Assembly: GCA_040437565.1 (NCBI GenBank)
Contig: JBDOQK010000037.1
Coordinates: forward strand, 310,001 to 358,175
Direction of reading: 5' to 3'
From: Albugo candida
Taxonomy: Eukaryota
Length of the DNA: 48,175 bases
Both the position numbers and the translations under genes were made by a program. Shown piece after piece: positions 23,152 to 36,175 of this stretch; within the stretch, counting starts at the first letter, position 1; the number at the start of each line of letters is the position of its first letter. The notes beneath the pieces were generated by a model. It ran no database searches. It had not been told where the DNA came from and saw nothing but the letters and a program-made list of their open reading frames with translations.

Positions 23152-26100
23152 GGTTATGAGCCCAACGACTGGTTCTGACGGCGCGCCAAGAGCACCAACT
23201 CCAGTCAGACGCCGGCCACGAAAAGGCCACGGCGTCTCCAGCGGTAGGTCAAGGTGAAACGACGGTCCACGAATGGGGTGATGACGCCAACACCAGAATA
23301 CTCGCAGCCCTCGTCGACCTCTAAGCGTGGATGACGCAGATGGAGGTCTCGCAGCTGAAGCGCAAAGAAGACGAAAAGATGATGTGCGTGATCGAGTCAG
23401 GGATGTTCCTCTCAGCGCTGGGACAAGGTCGCGATGGTGCACCGATGCACATCGATTCGCTCGGGCATTCACCGGTGCGTCCAAGAGTTGGCCAAGGTCG
23501 CCCGAACATGAAACATCATGGTGCAGGAAGAGACGCGGTTAGCCAGAAGGGCGAGCTGCGCAAGTAGCACCACCTTTGCGTACTCCGTATTCGAACATGA
23601 ATTACGCAGCAGCGCAAGAATACGCGAGCTGAATGGATCCGGCCACTCAACATGCAATGCGGGTACCGGATGAGCGTCAACGAAGACTAACGATTCGAAA
23701 GTTTGATGGCTCAGAGCTGTATCGAGGATTATGCTCCGGTTTCCTAGATTGGGGCAGGACATTCATGAGGCAGATACAGCACGCACAAGCGGCGTGTGGC
23801 TTCGGCTGGTCCGATGACGTGAAGACGGACCTGCTCGGGCACTATCTGAGTGGTACCGCCGAGCGGTACTACAACAAGTAGGTTGAGACTTGGTGGGGAC
23901 AGATTCCGACTCTCATGCACGTCATGGAACGCTTACAGCAGACGTTCAAGACTACTGTCACTGCTTCACACTCGATGAAACTGTTCACGGCAAAGAAGGA
24001 CTCCAAAAGGAGCTGGTCCGAGCATTATCATTACTTGGTGGCGATGAGTGATGCATGGGGCGGCGCTGACGCGCAGGTGCTGGACAACATTGTGCACCAT
24101 GCATCAAGTGAGCTCCACAAGGTACTTATGGCTAAGTACGGCGGAAACCGGGTTCATTACCTTGCACAAGCCGAAGAGCTCGCGCATTGCATAGCCCACG
24201 CAATGACACGCGCACGTGTTATGAATGTGGCATGGTTGGGCACGTTCAAGCCCTGTGTCCTGAAGAAAGGAAGAAGTCGAAGAGAGTCAATGATGTCAAG
24301 GGAGCTTGGTAACAATACTAAAATCAAGGATGTTGTCAACTACACGCTGTGTGTACAAGATGCCAAGAACCAAGACGATTCATGGATCCTGGATAGCGGT
24401 TTCAGCCGGCACCTGCTGAACAATAGTGCACTGCTCGAAGATGCCCGCAAGTGTGAAGAACAATACTTGGTCGCCGATGAAAAGCCGCTTCAGCTAACAA
24501 TAGTCGGAAGTGTGTTTTTTCGCGTGATGGCATGCGGAAGACCAACTAAAATTCGACTTACTGAAGTCTACTATGAACCGATGATGACTCGCAATATCTT
24601 GTCCTGAGGCATACTTGAGCTAAAAGGCTACGCGCTCGAATACAAGGATGCTCGGAGATTGATTATATCGCTCGATACCGGGAGCGTTATATCCGACGTG
24701 TCGACGCATAACAAAGTGACAGCTCCGGAGACCCAAGACGTGATGACAGGTCCAAAAGAGACCGGCCAGGTTATGACTACAGCCGACGAAAGGAAGGAGC
24801 GGGAGGGTGATGTAGGTATGCATGCGGGGACCCTAATGGACTTTCATCAACTCCTAGGTCACCTCTCCTATGACACAATTGACAAAAAAAAGCGCGCGAA
24901 CCTGAATCCGAGATAAGACTTACTGATCATCAACGAAAGACATGCGTCACGTGTGCGCAAGCAAAACAGACCAAAAATGTGCAGCCCAGAAAAGACACCG
25001 GGGTTGACTCACTGGTTGATCAAATTGGGTGGTGTGATTTGCTTGGACCTAAAAGGACCGATGACACCAAAGGATCGAATGGGGAATCGGTACCTCGTCA
25101 ATTTTTTTGATCACAAGAGTAAGTACTGTCGCGTACCAAGGATCAAGCGGCAAGATAGCTCAAGGAGTTCTTGGCGTTCTTCGAGAAACGTTTTGATTGA
25201 CGGGTACATGTGATTCGAACCGATGGTAGCAATGAGTATCAGAACGTGGACTTACTATGAAAAACCGCCGGCATGGCGAGACAGGTTAGCGAGGCGCGAA
25301 ATCAAACTCAAATGGCAAAGAAGAGCGCATGCAGCGGGTGGTGTTAAATATGGCGCACTCGATGATATTCGGAAGTGACCTCCCGATGTATTTTGGGTAG
25401 AAGCGGTTGAGTACTTGGCGTAAATATTGAATCGCAGTTCTACAAAATCGAAGCACAAGCGTGCGTCCTCAATCGAGGTGCTGACATAGCAAGCTCCTGA
25501 CCTACGCGGTATCGCTGAATTTGGCTGCATGTGTACCGTATAACGCGACGCGAAGGAGAATTTACTCGCGCATCGAGCCCAGGTTGGCATGATCGTCGGG
25601 CGCAGCGACGAGCCAAGGGATATCTAGTGTATTTACGCAAGGACAACACCGTCATTATGACGCAACACGTGAACAATATTCAAACACTTTCGGATTTGCA
25701 GATCGAGCAACCAATACTTGATGTACAGCGAGAAGGTCATGATGGAAACTCTTAAGTAGACTCGCAGATCACTCATGAAGACATTGGGGATGGTGAAAAC
25801 AAGAAAAAGGGCAAGGGCAAGCTCAAGAAGTGGACATGTGACCCCTGTTTTACACGTGGGTCAACTAAGCATTCAAAGAAAGAAGGATTTCCACGAAGAT
25901 TAATGTAGCCACCGTGCTAAAAGTATACGAGCCTGACCCGAAGACGCATGCAGAGGCGATGCTCCGCCCAAAGGATGAAGGTTGGAGCAAGGCAATCCTC
26001 GAAGAAATTTAGGCGCTAGAGTCCAACGAAGTTTCGAACGTGTTCAAGCGACCAGCCTATGTAAAAATGCTGCACAGTAAGTGGGTGTACAAGACTAGTA

Positions 26101-27563
26101 CAGACGAAAACGGTGCAGTGGACCGACTCAAGGCACGGCTAGTAGCATGCGGAAATGAACAAGTCTTCGGTGTTTACTACTCATTGACATTCGCCGCCGT
26201 TATGGACATGTCAACGATGAAAGTGATCCTAGGACTTGCGGTGACATGGGGTGTACATGAAAAACATGGCGACATTCCAAATGCCTATTTAAAGGCTAAC
26301 AAGGAGGAGCATTTTGGAGCTATTGCTGCACTTACCAAGAGGCATGAAGATCACGGACGAAAAAATCAAGGAACTTGGAGTGTCCAGTGCAAGTGAAGCC
26401 GCACTCGAGTTGAAGAAAAGCCTGTATGGGTTGAAACAGGCGGGAAGACTATGGAGCCAGCTATTGCATACAAGACTCAAGGAATCAGGATTTGAACAGT
26501 GCATTAGTGATTTGTGCCTTTATTACAAGCGCGACGGTGATGATATGACTGTAGTTGGCCTGTACGTCGACGATCTCCCAGTCACGGCGACAAAGGCTAC
26601 ATCGGTCGATTGCTTTTTTACAGCGATGGAATCACTTTCAATTGGAAATTTGGGAGAAGTGTCCTAATTTCTAGGAATTTGAGACAAGGCGCTCGATGCG
26701 CACTCCTATGCTCTGGATCAGGAGGAGGCGATACAAGGGTTGCTCCGGGAACTCGGGTTGTCGTCGGCGAATCCAACGCGTACACCGATCGTGGAGGAGT
26801 GCTGTGACGTAGCCAGAACGGAAAGTATCCTGTTTTAAAGAACGCAGAGCCTGGAAAATCGTCAATCCGGTCGTTTCAGTTTCTCGTTGGAAGTTTGTTG
26901 TCGGTCGTGCGGTGCACTCGCCCAGACATCACGTTTGCGGTTCACAAGGCAACGCTCAAACTCACCAGCCGCGGGAGCAAGCTTGGAAATTGGCCAAGGG
27001 TAACTTTCGGGAAGCAAGAATATAACGCTCGAGATGCATGCCGGTACTGATGGTGAAGATGCCGTTACGCTAGAGTCACATAGCGACGCATACTTCGCAG
27101 CGGACAAGGGTGACAGGAAGTTCCTAAATCGAGTTATGGTGTTTTTCAATGAAATGCCTGTAAGCTGGTCGGAGAAAAAGCTAGGAGGAGTTTCGATTTC
27201 GACGATGGAGGCCGAGTTTGTGGAAGCGTCCGAAACGGCGCGCGAGCTCCTTGGGATGAGGGAAATGCTGATGGAAGTGGGACTTGCACCGTCTCTGCCC
27301 ATGGAGATGCATATGGATAATCAAGCGGCTATCCACCAGATTGAGGGTGAAGCTTCGTCCATGAGAGAAAAACATATCGATGAGCGCCTCAAGTTTGTGA
27401 AGGACTTTGCCCGTCGAGGCATAATGGAGCCGTGCTACGTTCCATCCGAGCTCATGCTTGCTGACCTGTTGACCAACGTAACTACCTGCACAAGCTCGAA
27501 ACGTTGCGGTCGATATTGGGTTTGAAGTAGCTGGTATGACTGCGATACGACTGCGAGGAGGAG

Positions 27564-27829
27564 TTTTGAAGATGGACATGTTGAACATGAGGTACGCTTT
27601 CACTATCTACAGTCATTTGGTTTTTCTATGATGGTATCAGGAGTTCTCTAGAAGGATGGGTAGGGGTGCGTGATCAGTGAGATTTGATGCAGCATGAGAA
27701 ACGGTTGGCAAGCAAGACCTCAGCAACGGATGGTCGGAAAGACAACTAGGGACTAGGGTGCAGGTTTAACATTCCAATAAAGCAAACAGTATTCATTTTA
27801 CCTCCGCCAACACCACACGTTTGCCGACA
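27564..27829 (+). repeat. 3' LTR of Copia element 1
   Basis: Follows the polypurine tract and matches the 5' LTR. Confidence 0.92.
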
Positions 27830-29094
27830 GCACAATGCGGGCGCTTCATTGCGTATGCTTATTTCAGTAACATGCTCCCTTCGAACTAATCACATCCATA
27901 TCCTACTTCTTACACACATAACTTCAATTGCGCTCTGTGCAGCGATCAATACGGTGTCGAACGAAATCGACGCCGATGCTAGACTACATTCGTTGACTCA
28001 ATTATTTCGTTACGTATGATGCAGCAACCAAAGTTGGTTATATAAGACGTTGAGTGTGTTCACTCGACTACTTACAGTCTAAATCTCATAATACATATGC
28101 TCACATCCCACGAGATCGATTATCATTGTACATGGTCAGGGTCTATAGGTGAGTGCGTCATGGAAATCAGGTTTTGGTATTTATTTCAGTTCCAGCCGTA
28201 CAGATCTTGATTGGAGCCTGCAAAACCATATGACACAAACACTGTTCCAGTATGGAACTGCAAATATGTTACTACTAACAACGCCACAATGAATCTAGGT
28301 TACTGATCACGCGTACATTGTTCGAACGGGAATCATGTCACTTTTTCAATGGCAAAATCATATAATAGAGATTTACACACGTCATCAACAGGTAATCAAA
28401 GCGCAAACGTCACTGTAGCGGATGTTACATCCGCTTAAGCTGAAGCTTACTGAAGATGGATCACCAATCACATTGGCGGTAAATAACATACCTCATAAAA
28501 ATATTGAATTTGCGGGGATTCTTTACCAAGAGCTCACGCGGATGTCGGAGATATCCCCAAAAGTCCCTACGAAATTTTTTCAGCACTCCTAGGAATAAAC
28601 GGAGTGAAGGATCCGAGATATAGACGAGTGTCTATGAATCAAGATAAGAAATAATCAGGTTCCCCGTATCAAGTGATTTAGGAATAGAAGAGAACTATCG
28701 AGCCTGTGGAGAATTTGCCTCACTCTTCTTTGGCTGGATGCCTTGTGCGACATCAGAAATTGAAGCGAAAATACACGACGACGCACAGGCGGATTTGGGA
28801 AAACAGAAGAAATACCGAAAGAGCAGTGATAGAATCAGGTCGATTTTAGAATGGCCGAGCGAGCAACAAAAATGTCTGGTGAAGAGATGATCAAAAGGTT
28901 TCAACCTCAGGAACGAAAATTGCTTACCTGGAATCAAACGTGCAGAAAAGAGCACGGGACAGCAGTATGGCCAGATGTGGGATACCTCAAGAATAAACGA
29001 GGGATGACATGCCTGGTCACACCGAGAGTGAGGATAGACTGAGTAGTCGGGTACTCTTGGCCTTTGATGGAGATATACCACGATACCCAATGTA

Positions 29095-32047
29095 CAGTAC
29101 CCTATAAGGGAATCGCTAGACTCACCCTCGCTTCTTACTAAACTCACCCCATGCATTTTTCACCAATCATATTTCGTTATTTTAGTCAATCATTTTTGAT
29201 TGATTTGATAAAACTTGAACTTGATGCAGGACGCAACCTGCAACTCCTGGCATTACGTACAGAAGAATATGCACTGAGATGCACAAGTTCATGGTTGTGA
29301 GTACTATGATCTATCTCCAAACGACAAGCCCCTGGTCCCTGCACTTTGAAGTGAATTGGAAAGGACAGTTAAAACATTTATGGCTTCGTTTCCTTCCGTT
29401 TTCGGGGCGATCTGTGTCGTGATGACTACCAGCATGCTCGCACTTCGTTCTCAGGACGGTTTCAGACTTTTCTGGATCGTGCAACGTTAACTGGAAAGCC
29501 GTTAGAGAGTGCCGCAGCTCTAATTGCTTGTTCACCATCCTCGAGAGAGATCCACGTCAAGTACAGGAGGCTTGTGATAGACATTTTGCGGGAAGGTTGA
29601 TGATTGACGGTATATTTCGATGTCAAAACACCCACCGACTTTATAAATTTGGTGATTCATGATTGATTAAAACGATCAAGCGTGATTGACTAAGATATCA
29701 AAAATGATGAAATACGATTGGTTAAAAAAATGCTTGGGGTGAGTTAAGTAAAAAGCGAGGGTGACTTAAGCAATTTCCTTTTTATATTTGCAATTTTAAT
29801 TGACGATGCGCTTCCTTCCCAAAAAAAAACTATGACCACTCAAACTCTGGAAACTAAAACCTTATCTATTGAGGATAGAAGCCGTCTGGTCGGAATGAAA
29901 TTGGCTGGTCAGAAACTCCTTTGATTGCAACACATTTCGGAATCAGTCAGAGAAGTTCATCGCACTGTAAAGCACAGCCGCAATGAATCCAGTGTTATTC
30001 CCAAAAAAAGCCCAGGACGACCAAAGAAACTTGATTGAAGGGATGTTACACACGTGGTCCGCAAATCAAGGAAGATCGGCGGCCAACACTTCACGACATC
30101 ACCAACAAAATGACTNNNNNNNNNNNNNNNNNNNNNNNNNNNNNNNNNNNNNNNNNNNNNNNNNNNNNNNNNNNNNNNNNNNNNNNNNNNNNNNNNNNNN
30201 NNNNNNNNNNNNNNNTTGAACTTGATGCAGGACGCAACCTGCAACTCCTGGCATTACGTACAGAAGAATATGCACTGAGATGCACAAGTTCATGGTTGTG
30301 AGTACTATGATCTATCTCCAAACGACAAGCCCCTGGTCCCTGCACTTTGAAGTGAATTGGAAAGGACAGTTAAAACATTTATGGCTTCGTTTCCTTCCGT
30401 TTTCGGGGCGATCTGTGTCGTGATGACTACCAGCATGCTCGCACTTCGTTCTCAGGACGGTTTCAGACTTTTCTGGATCGTGCAACGTTAACTGGAAAGC
30501 CGTTAGAGAGTGCCGCAGCTCTAATTGCTTGTTCACCATCCTCGAGAGAGATCCACGTCAAGTACAGGAGGCTTGTGATAGACATTTTGCGGGAAGGTTG
30601 ATGATTGACGGTATATTTCGATGTCAAAACACCCACCGACTTTATAAATTTGGTGATTCATGATTGATTAAAACGATCAAGCGTGATTGACTAAGATATC
30701 AAAAATGATGAAATACGATTGGTTAAAAAAATGCTTGGGGTGAGTTAAGTAAAAAGCGAGGGTGACTTAAGCAATTTCCTTTTTATATTTGCAATTTTAA
30801 TTGACGATGCGCTTCCTTCCCAAAAAAAAACTATGACCACTCAAACTCTGGAAACTAAAACCTTATCTATTGAGGATAGAAGCCGTCTGGTCGGAATGAA
30901 ATTGGCTGGTCAGAAACTCCTTTGATTGCAACACATTTCGGAATCAGTCAGAGAAGTTCATCGCACTGTAAAGCACAGCCGCAATGAATCCAGTGTTATT
31001 CCCAAAAAAAGCCCAGGACGACCAAAGAAACTTGATTGAAGGGATGTTACACACGTGGTCCGCAAATCAAGGAAGATCGGCGGCCAACACTTCACGACAT
31101 CACCAACAAAATGACTGTCCAAGTCAGCCCGTCAACAACAAGAAGGTGACTTCATGGAACTAGATATCTCGCGTAGCGCCCAAGAAGCCATTTTTAAGTG
31201 CAAAGCATATTGTCTGTAGATTGGACTTTGAACGGAAACACAAAAGTGCAACTATGCAGTTCTGGAATTCGGTCTGCCGGACAGATGAAGCCAGCTTTAA
31301 AATCGGCAAGTATTTCTGCAAGTCGCTTGTCTGGAGAACAGCCTATGAAGGTACAATCTAGACGGTCTAGCGCCCTATTTCAGATCAAGGCGCTATTCAG
31401 TGATGGTCTGGGGTGTATTTCAAGGAAAAAAGAAGAGTCGATTGATCCGCATGGGTCGGAATCGGCAGACAGCAGTTGACTTTGTTGAAAAAGTCTATGG
31501 TATTGAGTTGGGATGATTTAGGCTGAGATCAAAGTCCAGTTTTAATGCGCTTCAATCCATCGAATCAATACCCCTAAGAAAGGATGGATGAAAGAGGCAT
31601 TGCAAAGTTTAATTGGCCATCAAAATCCCAGACCTGAACCCAATCGAACATGTGTGGCCGAGACTCAAAGATCAGATCCAGAAGCTTCTCATGGCATAAA
31701 ATGAAGAAGAATTGTGGCATCAAATTCAAGATGTTTGGTCCAAGATAGATGAAGATTGGTTGCAAAGTTTGGTCGACACCCTCCAAGGCAGAACTAAGGC
31801 AGTTCTTGCTTCAGATGTGGATCAACTCATTGGTAGCATTTCCCATACTCCAACATTAATAAAATGTCTAAAATTTAATCTATACCAATTATTTTTGGGA
31901 AAACACTTCTTCATATGCATTAGAACAAGTATTGAAAGTTTGAGAGGCATTGAGCTGAAGATGGTTGTGTAAATGTGGCTGAAGTGCGCTTGGTTGTATC
32001 TAAAAAACGTGGATGAAAAAAACGACAATCTTTCTGGTAGGGTGCTG
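29095..32047 (+). mobile_element. Degenerate Tc1/mariner DNA transposon
   Basis: TA-CAGTACCCTA ... TAGGGTGCTG-TA termini. Broken transposase from ATG 29832 (duplicated at 30833) with PGRPKK, TDEASF, VMVWG and WPSKSPDLNPIEHVW. 29215-30115 is repeated at 30216-31116 across a gap (artefact). Confidence 0.85.
29106..29780 (-). mobile_element. Internally deleted Mutator-like (MULE) element with long TIRs
   Basis: About 100-bp imperfect inverted repeats (aagggaatcgct..tcaccctcgct..actcacccc versus ggggtgagt..agcgagggtga..agcaatttcctt). The interior encodes a frameshifted FAR1-type fragment KCEHAG..RKRSHKCFNCPF..W..HNH. Confidence 0.7.
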
Positions 32048-32089
32048 TACTGTATTGCAGTAGCCTCAACCAGCACGAGACTTCGTCTA

Positions 32090-35000
32090 TCGTGCAGATG
32101 ATAAAAGTTGTAGAATGGTCCGAAAGTACCGTCTTTTTCGAATCGGTGTGCGCAACACTAGGCTGGAAATGGCCATCCAGATAGGACTAGGATTCGAGTT
32201 GCACTTGCATTTCCACTTGCCTGTGTCGTACCCGCAGCAATAATCCTCGACTTCTGAAAAATACACCGAATGATTCTTGCGTTGCGAGTTGATCCAGCAA
32301 TTTAGCAAGCCAAACGCGTTGGTCTTGATCGTGACACTGCCTTCGAAAGTACCGAACGTGCGCACTAAACGTGGTATAAATCACGGAAAGTGCTGGAACT
32401 ATCGAAGTTACTGATCGTTTATCGAACAAACGACAATTCCGATCGTTCCAGACGAAGTGCAGCGTCACCGCTAGCAATACAAACCATAAATCGGATAAAA
32501 TTTGTTGATCATTCTTCCAAGCTGACCGTAGTGCTGGCAAAATTGCACATGCAATATGCGTCCAACGTGGTCGGGATGAGAAGAATTGATCCCAACAAGG
32601 GAATAATTTCCATCATAATTGTGCCGTGTGATCGCAGTCGAGAAGTAGATGTTGATCGAATCCCACTTCCCCAAACAATGGCTGCGTGAATAATATAATG
32701 TCGTGATTAATATCCTCCAAAAATCAGAAACGAGATTGAACTGACAACATACGAGGCCATACGAAACTGTAAATCTTCTAGAATCGGTAAGACATGTTTT
32801 TGAAGATGCCGTGATGTAGCCATAAATGTTCCAACGCGTCCCGAATCCAGTACGTCCAATCTCTCCCGTGATGACCAAATGTGTCAACATCGGATGACTC
32901 TTGGTTGGTTCGGGAAGTTTCGAGCGATATGTGAGAGTTGACACTTGTTTCTGGTTGTATCCAAGTGATGAGAGCGGTCGTCGAGTGGATACGCTGTAGT
33001 ATCTGAGTAACTTCATAGTAAAGTCGACTCAATAACTTTTTCTTCAGCCATATCCGACGTGCTCACCTCTTCGTCGTTGTAATATATGTCGATGGAATCG
33101 TTCGTTGGCCATGTGTCGTTTTCTCGAAAATAGTCTTGTGGACTTCGGATGTCGAAAAGTGTGGCAAATTATTTTCGAAACTTCCAATGTGGCTCGTCGA
33201 CCATGCCAAGATTGTATCAGACGTTTTGAGTACTCGGGTTACGAGTAGCAGCTTCATCATGTAATTCTTGGTCGCAGTGAAACCACATCGATTGCTCCAT
33301 GTAGTACTGACGGTGTTGTAGAACATTTAGATCTAATATTGTAATGCTCCAATCCATCTGATGCCACAATTTGAACGCGTTCTCCCACCAACAAGACGTT
33401 CTATCCCATTGAATCATTTTCTCATGACTATGTGGTGCGATGGTGAATATGTCCTTCGGCCTGTGTGGGCCAAACGGAGGTTGGACAAGTCGCAATAATT
33501 CCGTCTAAGCAGTTGTCCGATTCTCTGGGATGATTGTCGACGCATCAGGTGAGAGCTGCTGAATGAACTAAAGACGTTGTAGCTTCAGTCGTACCAGCAA
33601 AAAGGAGCTTGTAGTCCACAATTTTGTCAACGAAGATGTAAGAATTCTTTGACGAGTAGATAAACGTGTTTCGAGTCTATTTTGTGTTTCGGGATAAGCA
33701 CAAATCGATCTAGCATAGAGTGCCACCATCGAACAGTCTCTGCTGGTATGTCCACGTGCATCGTGTAGTGCCACAGGCGTGATGATTCATCGTCTGCGCA
33801 ACGAGTAGACAACCACGGACAGTTCGTGCACGTCGAAACCATACACCAAATCCATCAGCAAAACGCTTGTCGAGAGTTGAGATAACCATCGAATGAGTCG
33901 GTGTCTGACGGAACGGAATACCCAAGTACTTGACCGAATCCTCCGGGCCCGGTATGGTCAAATTGGGAATACGAAGACACGGCATGGTAAGATTCATCGA
34001 GAGCAAGGGTGATTAGCTTAGCACAAAATCCATCGCAATACACTTGAACGAGTTCGAGTTGCGTCAAAACACCATTTGGTGTCTCTGAAGCAATGTCGAA
34101 TCGTCCGCAAAAAATAATCCAGTTGCGACAGTCGTGCCATTAATTCAAATGCCATGTTCTTCATGTTGNNNNNNNNNNNNNNNNNNNNNNNNNNNNNNNN
34201 NNNNNNNNNNNNNNNNNNNNNNNNNNNNNNNNNNNNNNNNNNNNNNNNNNNNNNNNNNNNNNNNNNNNGAGAAGAACTACTCCGCATGTGCTTGATCGCT
34301 TCCGCCATCTCGGTCGTACTTAAGCGAGTTGAGAGACGGTCTTGCTCTGCTGAGGCAAGGGAAACTTGAATCGAATCGAGTAACTTTTTTTGCTTTCTGT
34401 CACATGGAGCATTTGAGTCGGTCACTGAGCTATAAAGAGAGCCCATGACTCCACCCCAATGATCTCTGAATTCGTCAATAATCTCCCTCGGGTTCGATGT
34501 CACGGTACCACATTTTTTGATGACATTTTCGATCGGCACGCGACGACAAGAACAATCCGGAAGGCGAAAAAAAATGCTTGGAAGAGATCTACATATGCTT
34601 CACGTGATGGTCAAAGCTCTGATTTTTGTTGTATTTAGCATTGTTTTCAATCGAAATTCTGAATTGTTCGAGACTCGATTCGTAAAAATACCGTGACTCA
34701 TTGGTGTCGTGGATGCGATATCGAGCTGCTGCGACTTCCAAAACACGCTGGCTAGACACAACATCACGTCGTTTATCTTGTGCAACTTTTTTTTAATGCT
34801 TTGGAGCTGTTTCTTGATTTCGTCTACCAACTTTCCCACTTTTTTCCGGGATTCGAAGTTGTCCGTAACTGTCCGAGCACCAAATTCGCTTCCAATTTGA
34901 TTGCTTCGACAACTTTAGGATATACAAATAGTTGTAATGAACATTTCCAATATACTCGATCCGGAGATTGGGTTGGATTTGCAAAAGTTACTTTTTGTAC

Positions 35001-35760
35001 TAGATGATCTCCCGCATGTCTTGTACCGTATTGAAAATAGCTTGTCGAATTATATCCAAAAGCGTTTTGAACATAGGATATCAGTGCCAGGAACATGGTC
35101 GATTTGACTCGTGAGTATAGCTATTATCATTATAGGATGCCTATAATCATGTAGCTCAGTGAATTTCTTGGCTAGATTAAGGCGGATATAAATTATGGGT
35201 CACCCAACTGCCATTACCATCGACTGCGTTCGTGTCGAATTGTTCCTCTCGAAGTATCGACAGCTGGATGGAGCGGGGTGTTGAAATCACCATATAGAAG
35301 ATCTGTAGTGGCCGATTCGAGCTTTTTTTTGGGGGGGGGATAAGAGGAAAAAATTGCCGCGCTCCTGTGGCCTCGATATCCTCTACGTCCTCAGCATATT
35401 CCGACATGCAGACGTAATTTAGTCGATTCTTGCGCGCTAATAATTATGTTCCTGTAAATATATTTTCAGTCGGATGTTGAAATTTACAAACGTCTACTAC
35501 ACCCAACTGTGAAAGCCAATCCAAACACGTTGATCGATTTGGTTCGTGTCGTATTGTTCCGCTCGAAGCATCGATAGCTGGATCGAGTGGTGTGCTGATT
35601 TAGTAAATAAGAGATGTGTTGCGGTCGATTCGAAAGTGTTGTACAGCAACAACTCATAAAATTACTCTTTCCTCGGCCTCGATCGGTGCATCGTGAATGA
35701 GAAGACTCAAAACCAATCACGATTGCGAATGCTTCGTTCGGTGATCTCTTTAGCTGCTGT
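32090..35760 (-). mobile_element. Degenerate L1/Tx1-clade LINE (APE endonuclease, RT, C-terminal region)
   Basis: Endonuclease remnants (DVCKFQHP...NRLNY, DHV), VYWKC, VKYLGIP and C-terminal VWNDRNCRLF; many stops; part of the RT is lost in gap 34169-34268. Boundaries approximate. Confidence 0.88.
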
Positions 35761-36175
35761 ATAACCGGGAGAGTGCGAAAGAAGGAGTGTCATCACACCG
35801 TCACTGCGATTTTGAGTCGGACGAAGAGAAGCACTGTTGTGGTCATTGACAAACATTTTGTGCTACGTTTTTGAGTGTAATAAAAACTGAAATGCCAGTT
35901 AGTTGTGATAGGACGTGATCAATAAAAAGATGACCACTTTTATGATTCCCATTGACATTCACCGTGAGTGCTGATATATTGATCCACGTTGAAATAATCG
36001 AGGAGCCCTTAGCATTCACGATGAAGTCGACAAGTGCCAGTGATCAACTTTGCTTCACCATCTTAAATCGAGAGGTGTAGTGTTTATAGATCTTTCCGGA
36101 AAAAAGTAAGTTTTCAGGGAAAGCTCGTCGATGTCACCACATACAACCCCTCGCCATTTACCTCCCATCCACTAG

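Larger units (their letters stand above)
22886..27829 (+). mobile_element. Full-length degenerate Ty1/Copia LTR retrotransposon
   Basis: 266-bp LTRs at 22886-23151 and 27564-27829, PBS ggttatgagccca, PPT gcgaggaggag, near-TSD acaca/gcaca. Gag, protease WILDSG, integrase DLKGP, RT LKKSLYGLKQAG and YVDD, and RNase H KHID occur in Copia order with many stops and frameshifts. Confidence 0.95.

Noticed and set aside
29215..31116. 901-bp direct repeat resembling LTRs
   Set aside because: Matching copies directly flank gap 30116-30215, with no PBS, PPT or retroelement genes; unmerged overlap.
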